Shown here: in pieces, positions 54,635 through 64,000 of the stretch
Position numbering within the stretch: position 1 is the stretch's first letter
Layout of the letters: each line of letters begins with the position of its first letter
Assembly (NCBI GenBank): GCA_964234715.1
Contig: OZ174277.1
Reading direction: 5' to 3' (one strand)
DNA: 64,000 nucleotides
Origin: Podarcis melisellensis
Taxonomy: Eukaryota
Notes under the pieces: generated by a model
Seen by the model: only the letters and a program-made list of their open reading frames with translations
What the model was told of the DNA's origin: nothing
Database searches by the model: none
Position numbers and translations under genes: made by a program

Positions 54635-55727
54635 AGCATTTTATCTCTTCACACAATGCATAATTGAGAGCAGGAGATGCTACCTGAATAATCCTGGCAC
54701 CATAGGAATACCCATGCTTTCCAGATAGCAAACTTGAATGTATTTTTTAGTATGAGAATCTTTTGTAACCTAGCTTGAGATCCCTGGGATGAATGGCTTT
54801 TGGAACGGGCAGATTCACTGGCTGAAGTCCCACATCTGGCTAAATTGGAGATTCTCCAATCTAAGTCCTTCATCCTGGACTCAGCCAAGGCTCAGCAGCT
54901 CAACTGGGACTCAGCTGGTTGAACCAAGGCCCTGAAAAGGGGCAGGAGCAGGACAGGATGGGGGAGACCCACCCCATTCCAAACTCTGTTCTGCTCAATC
55001 ATGCAACCTAGCAACCCAGTGGAAATTACACTAGCAAAAAGGGTAGTGCAAATCAAACTATTTTAAAGGCTTGCTTTCCCTCTGCCAGGCTAAGGAGTAG
55101 ACCTGCTCCTGAAAAGAGTTTGGAATAGCGGTAAATTACATTGGCATGATTTACTCCAGCATAAATTATGCTGGCTTCCGATAGTTTGGATTTCTCTACC
55201 CATCTTGATCAGGTCCATGGAAAAACAAAAGAAGAAACAATATAAAACCAGCCTGTACAATGGATCTTAACCAAGGAATCTTTTAAAAAGATAACCTCTT
55301 GCCATGGCCTTGCTAGAGGAAGAGTCAGTAATGAACAGGGATAGGAAAAGTTTGAACATGAGTACCTATTTGTAACTGGGGGTATGTGCACACTGTGTGA
55401 TCATGTGGATTCAGTGCTGGATGCAAGCACCTTTTTGGGGTGCTGTGCACATGACATCATCCTCATGTTGTCTCTGCCCCATACTACATGTCAATCGAAA
55501 GCACTCTCTGCTGTAACAGCTATAATCCAGTTTGTGTCGATAATGCACTTCACAAGCATATGTGCCTTCATGTGTACACAGAGGACACTTCCTCAGGTCA
55601 CTTCTTACTGGGGCAGAGCTACTGGTATTGTGGAGCTGTGACTTGTCTGTGAATAAAATAGACAAAAGGAAGCAGTACAGTAACTTAGCCAGCTTTCTGT
55701 TCCAGTATATATCTTCTGTATGTCAAA

Positions 55728-55733
55728 TACACA

Positions 55734-55783
<50 letters not shown>
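55728..55783. repeat. (AC)n(AG)n microsatellite
   Basis: Read directly from the sequence. Confidence 0.95.
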
Positions 55784-55789
<6 letters not shown>

Positions 55790-58700
55790 CTGTGAAAAAC
55801 ACTAATAGAAGGAAGAGGAAGAGAGAACACTATTTCACTCTAGTTTGAAAACATTCCCAACTATGTGTACGTAGCAGTTTGCCATACTTCAATATGGATA
55901 GTAGCTGCTACTTTAGATGACGTTATCATGCAAAGGTGTGTACAACTGCAAACTGCTACGTACAGAAGTGCACTATGAAAAAAACTCATGTGCTTTTACA
56001 AAGGCTAAATGTGTACATAGCCTATGGGTCTCTTAATTTGTCACCTGTCCCTTTAAAACTGATTTTTTAAACAATAAAAACACAGTTTAGTCATTGTAAA
56101 AACAGCAAGTCCTGCTTTCAGGTGTTCTTACTTGCATGCCAAGCAGAGTTCAGCATTGATTTATGGATAGTAAATCTAGGGCCCTGTAGACTATAATGCC
56201 ATAATTGTAGGCAATTTTAATGTGATGACAAGCGGCATTCTTCTAAGCCTGATGAAGCAAAAGTAAAATGTCAAAGGATTATGAGCTGGTAAATTATTAT
56301 TGCGACTGCCCATGCTATGCTTTAGTCATTCCAGAGATCACCCTATTAACTTTTCAATGATAGAATATGTTATCAGAAGGGCAAGGTGTTCACTCTTGGA
56401 CAGTATCCATGGAAAATCGAGTAGGTATTGTCTCATTATAGTGAAACTAACAGCACAATAAATTAACATGTTTATAATTTGAAGTTTAGTTGCACTGAAC
56501 ATGATGTTGTCCTACCATTAAATGTACACTTGGTGGGCACAGTAAGAAGAGTGTTATCTGCTATCTTTCAAGATTTGTCTGCATCTTTAAAAGTATGGCT
56601 GAAACACTGGCCAGGAGCCAGATCCTTAAAAGTTGGGGAATCTACCAATGAAAAGTGTGTGTGTGATCAGAAATTCCACTTGCCTAGCACCATCTTTCAT
56701 GAATTCATGTAGCAATTTACTGCCTGCCTCTAATCTTCTCCTTTTTTTTAATATGATTATAAAGGAAAGTAAGAAAAATATTTCTCCAGTTCAGAAATTC
56801 TTATTATTCAACCCTGCCACAGAGCAGGCACCATCCTTATGTTGGCTTTTCATTATATGGTAATGGATGTTGCCACCTTTTTATGCCTAAATGTATGCAA
56901 CTTGATGAAAATCAGTACATGTCACGCAGCAGTATGATTCCCTTTGCACCAGTATGCAAATGTAACTATGAGTCCTGACCTGTGAGGGGTAAGAAATCCT
57001 AGGAAAAAGCAATCCTACTGATTTGCCGCAGGAAAAACAAACAGGTTTATATCTCCTTTTCTTTTAGCTCCCCCTTGTGGATTCATAAATAATAAATGAT
57101 TATACTATAATGATTGCCAGTAGCTTATTTCGCCATTCCCTTAAAAAAAGAAAGGAAAAAAAAGACACACAATCTTTATCGCCTATTAAGCCTGCCTTGT
57201 AAATTAGCCCAAAATAATAGCCTGGGGGGTGTCTCACAGAGGAGAGGGAGAGCCCTGTCTTTTCTGCATTAGCCTGTTACATTTCTAGGCTTGGGTGCAG
57301 AGGAGAAACAGAGGGCTCTGCCTTGCGCACCTGAATGTAATTCCTTGCTGTCTATGGCTCCCAGGCTGCAAGTCTCTGTTAAGAGGAGGTGGGAAGTACA
57401 ACTTTCATAGTACTAGGCAATTCTTTCTCAGAGTAAAAATTCTGCTGCTTGTTTGGGTATTGATGCATTATGTCCTGACATATGGTAACTTTGCTTTTCC
57501 TCATCTTTTGCTCATCTTACTTGTACTAGCTACTCTGGTTTGTTAGAATTTTATTCTATTTTAGCTTTTTTAGCGTTAACAGTGGTACCTGATTATTTTT
57601 GTACTTTGATTGTAATGTCTTGTTCCTGCTTTTCAAGAGTGTTTGTGTGTGTGTGTAATCTCAAAAGTATCCCTGAAAGAAAAATAACACTGAAGGAAAA
57701 TCAGGATCATAGAACTATCTATTATAGGATCAAATCTGAGAATAAAACTGTATATTTTAAATTCTCAACACTAACCACCTCATAGTTTGCGAAGCTTTCC
57801 TGCAGATCTTCTCTTGCCAGTCAGTTCTTGGCATCTCTTCCATCGTGTGTCTGTCATCACTGCTTGCGCCAAAGGCAAGGTGGCTCCTCCAGTTCCTTGG
57901 GAATTACTTAGATGTGGATTAGAAGTAAAATAGGGGAGATTGTCTCCGTTTTATAACCTTATTTAACTGGTGGGGTCAAGCACTCTGTCAAGCAGATTCC
58001 AGTCACTGTCTACATATTTGTTGTGGTGGTTAATGATTTCCCACAGTACTTTCTGTGTCCAAAGTGCTTTGCTATTTCTGTCTTCTTAGCTCGGTGTCCT
58101 ATCTAAATAAATAACCACGACAGACAAGTATAATCCCACTTCCACCCATGCTGCATACATTGGCCCTCCACTCATGAGTATTGGTTTCTATATGTCTCAA
58201 ACTTAATCTCTTTTAACTCTCTAATAGATTTTCAAATGTAGGTTCTCAGGATGCATGTAGCATGATTACTGAGAAGCATTTTGTATGCTCTGGAAAATTG
58301 CTATATAAATGCTGAGTAAGACTAAGAATGTCTTTTTAACACCCCCCATGCCTATGACTAATTATTTACTAGTTCCATCCTTTTCCTTGTGTGCCCTATC
58401 AGAGACCTTTTTAAAAGAGGTGTGCTCATGAGGGCTTTCTGGGTGATGAACATGGTTCTGTTTGACTTATCCTATGCTCCCATTTCATTACTGAAGCGGG
58501 ATTTGGTAAGTCCAGAAGTTTATTTCTGTGAACACGTTCATATGAAATTTGAAAAAAGCTGCCCACAGTGCAGATTTGAGGGGGTGCTGGACAAAGTGCC
58601 CTCTGGTGGGCTCCTTCCCCTTTGGTGGGACCTGTAGGGTTTGCTTTGTGACTTCAGCAGACACAGGGTGCCAAGCAATGCAGAGTGGCTGGATCTTGTT

Positions 58701-58964
58701 GCCGTTAAAATTCCCCAGTGCCCTGGAGCAATGCTGTCAGAAGCATTGTGGGAAATTAAAATGGTGGCTTAGAGAACAGGGCTCGGGAAAATAAAGAGAG
58801 GGGACAGCTGCTTAGGGTCCTGGAACTTGCCTGAGGATGTGGCTGCTGCTGCTGCTGGCCATAGAAAAATGGTTGCATACATCCAATTTTTGGCTGTGGG
58901 TTTTCAGATAAAAATACCTGTTTAATGAGAGCTTAAAAGAACATGTCTTATGTTTTCTTCCTAG

Positions 58965-59063
58965 GTCATATGTCAACAGGTCTCAGATAAACATTTAGAG
59001 GAGGGCCGTTTGTATCCGCCTTTAGTTTCAATTCGAGATGTCTCTCTGAAAATTGCTGTGAAA
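58965..59063 (+). CDS. ME1: ME1 coding exon 13 (99 bp)
   Basis: Borders ttcttcctag|GTC...AAA|gtaagt. Translates VICQQVSDKHLEEGRLYPPLVSIRDVSLKIAVK. Confidence 0.97.
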
Positions 59064-59140
59064 GTAAGTACATTTTACATTTCCTAATTAAGAATAGACT
59101 TATTATGTTTTGTCAAAGACTGAAGGTGGATTTCATTATT

Positions 59141-59335
59141 TAATACATTTATATTTTCACCTTCTTCCAAGGATCTCAAGATAGGAATCAGTTTTCTCTC
59201 TTCCTTCCCCCTTTATCCTCAGAACAGCCCTATGAATTAGGTTGAGAGGAAGTGACTGGCATAGTCATTTGGTGAGCTCCATGGCTGACTGGCAAGTTGA
59301 ACCCAAGCCGTCCTAGGCCAATATTCCACTACACT
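59141..59335 (-). mobile_element. Old tRNA-derived SINE (Squam3/MIR-like)
   Basis: Contains tttatcctcagaacagccctatg...gtgagctccatggctga...ttgaaccca...ccactacac (antisense B and A boxes). Confidence 0.65.
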
Positions 59336-60557
59336 GCATGGCATATATGATTTCCCTGATGGGGTGAATAGCAGTTGCAGGGGTTTGGAAAAATGTCACT
59401 GGAGGAAAGGTTAACCAGTCCAAATTCACGAAAATGGAAAGGGACAGCAGACCATGGCTGAAACTCTAGTTTGGTCCTTGTGTAGTTGTGTCCTTGATCT
59501 TTCACCCTCTGGGCCTCATTTCCTTTTTATCTCCCAGGAGGTTGGTTTATTTTTATTGCTGAGCTGGATAGAGATAATCTTTCATGTAAAGATCAGTCTT
59601 TGTTGTCAGTAAGCTTCTAATCATGAACTCATTCCCTCAGGCTTATGTAGTAATTGGTTCCAACTGCATGTAGAAAGAGTTGTCATATTTCATCTCTCTT
59701 CAAGTTTATAATATATATATATATTATAGATGTTAAAACACACTTATGCAAGTTTCTCTGCGTAAATTCTCCAGCATTCTTTGTTTGGCAATAACGTTTG
59801 TGAACAGCTCTAGAAAATTTGTTTCGTTATAGGAATAATTTTGTTTAAGTTAGAAACAATAGTCAGTATAATTGATGGGTTTGTATTATCCATCTAGCTT
59901 CTAGTCTCCTGGTTTTTATCTGAATTGGAAATATTTAACTTGTAATACTCTCCAGCCTAATAACGCAAAAAGACACACTAGAAACACTAACATTTGACTT
60001 CATCTCACCTTCATATGTAACACAGAAATATTTACAAGAACATATTCAGATATATTTTAGTAACCTACATTTATAGGGATATGTTCTTAGATGTGAGAAA
60101 ATGAATGCTTATTAACATGTATATGGAAAAGAAATGAGTATGCAACAAACTCCCATCAGTATTTCTGATCTAGAGTATTGGCGCTGTACCAATTGGAGGC
60201 AATTTCCTTCTCTATAAATTTAGCAGTTCTGATTAATTTTGAAAGCAAATTTCAGAGCAGAATATGTTGGGTTGATGAACTGGCATGACAGGATTGAAGA
60301 TTTTCTCTTAAGTCAGCTCATGTTTGGTTTCTTAGGCTTTCCAAAATCATTTTGGCTACAATAAATATGTTTTGGTAAATTTATCAAGGTGCAGAGAATT
60401 GAATGCTTTCATACCTTGCTGTAGGGGGAAAGTATCCATTCTACTTTTTAAAAATGTACTTACAATGGATCCAAACTTGCCCCTTGTTTACAAAGAAACC
60501 TGTGCCTTGTGCATTAGAGATCTTTTTGCTAGAGTCACTATGAGGTATACTCTTAAG

Positions 60558-60870
60558 CATGGGTAGGCAAACTAAGGCCCGGGGGCTGGATCCAGACCAA
60601 TCGCCTTCTAAATCCGGCCCGTGAATCAGCGTGTTTTTACATAAGTAGAATGTGTCCTTTTATTTAAAATGCATCTCTGGGTTATTTGTGGCGCCTGCCT
60701 GGTGTTTTTACACAAGTAGGTGTGCTTTTATTTAAAATGCATCTCTGGGTTATTTGTGTGGCATAGAAATTCGTTCATTCTCCCCCACCCCCCCAAAAAT
60801 ATAGTCCGGCCCCCATAAGGTCTGAGGGACAGTGGACCGGCTCCCTGCTGAAAAAGTTTGCTGACCCCTG
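60558..60870 (-). mobile_element. hAT (Charlie-like) MITE, same family as 15540, inverted
   Basis: Ends catgggtaggcaaact ... agtttgctgacccctg. TSD ctcttaag / ctcttaaa. An internal ~60-bp unit is present twice. Confidence 0.87.
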
Positions 60871-61385
60871 CTCTTAAACATACTCTCTTAGAAATATGTC
60901 CCAAGGAAATCAGTGGCAGTTACGTCCACAGGCGGGGGTGGTGAGGACTGGGCTATAAAGAGCCAGTTCACACATTATATTACCATTTTTCATCTAGAAA
61001 ATGAGGCATGTGACCATGGCAAACATGTATTCAAACACTTATCATATGTGAACACTCATCAGAAAGCCCAAATTAACAGCAGCTCCCTGTTGAGAATGCA
61101 TTCTGTTACAAACGTGGGGTTGTTTCTCCAAGTGTGAAATACAATCCAACCAAGAAAAAGAATCTAAAGCAGAATTCATTTCAAGATGTATATTTTGCCA
61201 ATCTCTTCCAGAAAATTGGGTGCATATTTTCATCTTTTCATGGCTAGATTATAGCTTCATTGGTATCAGTCTGATAAGAATCTGATACTTGATATCCAAA
61301 AATTGAACTTTCTTCATTATACACTATGCTACCTCTCAGGTCAATGTAGAAGTCTAACAATGAGGGATTTGTCTTGCTCTCTCAG

Positions 61386-61553
61386 ATTGCAGAGAATGCC
61401 TACAGCAACAACACAGCCACTTTCCACCCTGAGCCAGAAGACAAGGAAGCATTCATCCGCTCCCAGATTTATAGCACTGACTATGAAAGCTTTCTGACAG
61501 ACTCTTACACCTGGCCCCAAGAAGCCATGAAAATACAGACTGGGAACTTTTAA
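61386..61553 (+). CDS. ME1: ME1 terminal coding exon 14, to the TAA stop
   Basis: Acceptor ctctctcag|ATT. Translates IAENAYSNNTATFHPEPEDKEAFIRSQIYSTDYESFLTDSYTWPQEAMKIQTGNF*. The nine exons sum to 1116 nt in one open frame. Confidence 0.96.
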   Translation: MAENAYSNNTATFHPEPEDKEAFIRSQIYSTDYESFLTDSYTWPQEAMKIQTGNF

Positions 61554-61773
61554 CAGAAAGACAGCAGCACTGCAACAATACTGGAAGCACTCAGATATTT
61601 GGTAGCTTTCAACTTTTGTCAAATCATAGCACAATTTGTCAGAACTCAGGATATATTTCTTTTCTTTTCTAGCAGCACTGAATACTTTCTAAAGCCATGA
61701 AATTTTGGTAGAATTGTTACACTTCTTTCACTTTAAGCTAATTAATTAAGCTAAAATAGCACATGCCTAAGAG

Positions 61774-61779
61774 AATAAA
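61774..61779 (+). terminator. Candidate ME1 polyadenylation signal AATAAA
   Basis: The only + strand AATAAA I found between the two stop codons. It lies 220 nt after the ME1 stop and is followed by U-rich sequence. Confidence 0.55.
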
Positions 61780-63069
61780 AATCAATTTAGGCAGTTTTTA
61801 AATATTTCTTTTGAAGGGACTCTGCTAAATTTACTACAGAGCAGTACTGTAGAAGCACATTTACAATGTACTTTTCATATACTTAGACATCTGTATGAAA
61901 TTATGGTCATATATTACAGTTCTGTGCTTAAGTTCAGATGAATTTTTTTTGCAAACAAATGACAAAGCAATATATCATCAGTATGATAAGTTTAAAAGCG
62001 TCTCAGCTATTTCTTTTAATATTTTTCTGGTGACACCTATAGAAAAAGCAAGATAAAAAGCTAAGTACTTCTAACTATAGGTTTTTTCATGCCAGATCAA
62101 ATGTTCCTAATCAAGGAAAAGTAGTTTGAGTCAGTAGTTTGCTAGGCATGTGCACATTCTTAACAGAGAAGCCATCCGGTAAACCAATGACAAAGAGGCA
62201 TCAGTCAGGAAGGTTACTGGATGTTCCGTAGCGTAACTACTCATGCCTTAGTGAATGAGCATGTGAAATATGCAATGTCTGGTACAACATCCTAAAGAGG
62301 TGCTCATGTATCTTCTAATATATAGCCTTTGTACAGTTTGGGCCTGAGATAACAAAAAAAAATTTGTGTGTGAACTTGCTACTACTTTGTGGCTCAGCTT
62401 CAATATCTGCAAACTTTAGTTAATGGTGCTGGAAATTATTTGTATTTGAAATGCTAGAGCACAGATGGACAACCTGTCTCCTACAACCTTGTCCCCAATG
62501 CATCCTTGGCATCTACTGTGAGCTACCAGTGGTGAAACGGATTACTCAATTCCTGCCCCAACTGTTTCCTTTCCTTCATTTCTAGGCTGGAAAAAAAGGA
62601 GCCTCTTTCCCTTCACCCACCTTGGAAGGAAAACCAAAAGGAAGGTGTGTGAATGGGGGAGATGGTGATACAAGGGAAATGGGGAGTGAATGAATTGCTG
62701 AGAGTGCATGTTTGTGAGAAAAGGGATGGAACTGATGATGGCTTAAGGAAGGACATAAAAAAGAGGTGTGCCCACTCACTTTGGCCCTGGCCACTGCTAG
62801 TGCCCTCAACCATTTCCCCCTTCACCTCAAAAATATTGTCCACTCCTTCCCTAGACACCTTAGATTGTGGGGAACAATGCCTATCAGGATTGGACTTAGA
62901 TGCGGCATTCATCTGGCTCAGTACAAATCAAGCTCCCTTACTCTTGCAGCCAAATTGAGAAGTTTTGCTCTGAACAAAATTACAAACTGATGTGCTAACT
63001 GTTCAAATACTAAACAAAGATTCTGTACATGCCCTTTTAAGTTACTTGTCACATTCACTCATCCATACT

Positions 63070-63075
63070 TTTATT
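63070..63075 (-). terminator. Candidate RWDD2A polyadenylation signal (AATAAA on - strand)
   Basis: Reads tttatt on the + strand, about 75 nt downstream of the RWDD2A stop. Confidence 0.45.
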
Positions 63076-63148
63076 TTCTTGCGGCAAATTCATAGATGGA
63101 TTTCATTTCTATTAACAGAGACAAGAAAATTAAAAACATAGCTTATTG

Positions 63149-63826
63149 TTAGTTGTCAGAACATTTGCCTTCAATGCCAAACAAGATCTGAAATACATGT
63201 TCACTTTGATGACCCTTAAGGAATTCTAGGAACTGTCCAAGGTCCATGTGATAGTCATTTCTCAGGCCGTAGTCACCATGGGCTTGAAACTGTAAATCTT
63301 CAAAAGTCTGAAAGAGACGCAGGTTATCCCCATTTCCGTCAATCTCTCTATTCTCGACATGTTTGCAGGAAATGTGTTTCCAGTTGGGATATCTAATAAT
63401 GTGCCAAAATTCTTCACAGTTTTCTTTGACACCTTCCACACAAATGATTCCAGGCTTGCCAGTTAGGCAGAAACCAGTCAGATTTAATTTCTTTGCACAA
63501 TCAAAAATCTTTTTCCTTAGTTCTTGTCTATAGATGTGGTGGCTGTAAATCCACATCCGGCTGAATAACGTTTTAACTACGCTCTCCCTTGGCACATTTT
63601 CGCAGTGGAGTTTGCTGTTTTCTAAGTAGCTTATGCTGTTGTCTCGCAACCATTGCACAGCAGCACATACACAAAGTTCTCCTGGCTCCAAAGAAGCAAT
63701 GTAAGAAGCGAGATCCTTGTTGAGCTGCAGTTGTTGCTGCCTGTCTACAGCACTTGATCTTGCAAAAAGGTGTGGTGGCACCTGGGGGTAGTCATGAGGT
63801 AGGGCTACCTGCAAATTTACTCTTGC
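63149..63826 (-). CDS. RWDD2A: RWD domain-containing protein 2A, last coding exon (225 aa + stop)
   Basis: Minus-strand acceptor ctttttaattttag|GCAAGAGTAAATTTGCAG, phase 0. Peptide [14 protein letters not shown]...[12 protein letters not shown]...[10 protein letters not shown]...[17 protein letters not shown]...[17 protein letters not shown]...FGIEG matches RWDD2A. ME1-RWDD2A adjacency is also conserved in mammals. Confidence 0.95.
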   Translation of the reverse strand, partial: ARVNLQVALPHDYPQVPPHLFARSSAVDRQQQLQLNKDLASYIASLEPGELCVCAAVQWLRDNSISYLENSKLHCENVPRESVVKTLFSRMWIYSHHIYRQELRKKIFDCAKKLNLTGFCLTGKPGIICVEGVKENCEEFWHIIRYPNWKHISCKHVENREIDGNGDNLRLFQTFEDLQFQAHGDYGLRNDYHMDLGQFLEFLKGHQSEHVFQILFGIEGKCSDN

Positions 63827-63904
63827 CTAAAATTAAAAAGCACACACATGTTCACAAAACTTTCCAGTCTTCAGTGACTGCTTTGCATGCAGCACATCAC
63901 AGTA

Positions 63905-64000
63905 CAGTCATACCTCTTGTTACCTTTGCTTCAGGTTGCGTCCCAAGGCAAACCGGAAGTACCAGAAAGGGTTACTTCCGGGTTTCACCGCATGTGCAGA
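63905..64000 (+). mobile_element. Same MITE family, cut by the window end, in a RWDD2A intron
   Basis: Starts TA|cagtcatacctc and has the same ccggaagta...tacttccgg hairpin. Confidence 0.75.

Noticed and set aside
61331-61385. Alternative upstream acceptor acctctcag at 61339 for the last exon
   Set aside because: It adds 46 nt, shifts the frame and has an early stop. The 61386 acceptor restores the conserved ME1 C-terminus.
63812-63814. ORF-track start for the 221-aa ORF
   Set aside because: The codon is TTG (Leu) inside a spliced exon whose acceptor is at 63826. The true RWDD2A start lies outside the window.

Overview
This is vertebrate genomic DNA from a squamate. Sauria SINEs, a BovB tail and typical MITEs point to a lacertid lizard (inference). 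The + strand carries the 3' two-thirds of cytosolic NADP-malic enzyme ME1: nine coding exons (6-14 by human numbering, 6095..61553), all with GT-AG borders and consistent phases. Together they give 1116 nt, or 371 aa plus stop. Bases 1..6094 are intron 5, and intron 6 is about 27 kb. The last coding exon of RWDD2A lies tail-to-tail on the - strand (63149..63826), only about 1.6 kb from the ME1 stop. The introns hold six Sauria SINEs (five with clear TSDs), TA-flanked Tc1/mariner-type MITEs, hAT MITEs, BovB/CR1/L2 tails, older tRNA-SINEs, microsatellites and a decayed SGNH-hydrolase ORF resembling Ngaro/DIRS retroelements. Almost every other entry in the ORF track is spurious. I see no evidence of a novel multi-gene system. 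The best leads are: concentric inverted TE pairs around ME1 exon 9; the Ngaro-like fragment inside a 60-bp duplication; MITEs carrying NRF1/ETS/CRE motifs; a candidate SINE-created poison exon; and a possible ME1/RWDD2A 3' overlap.
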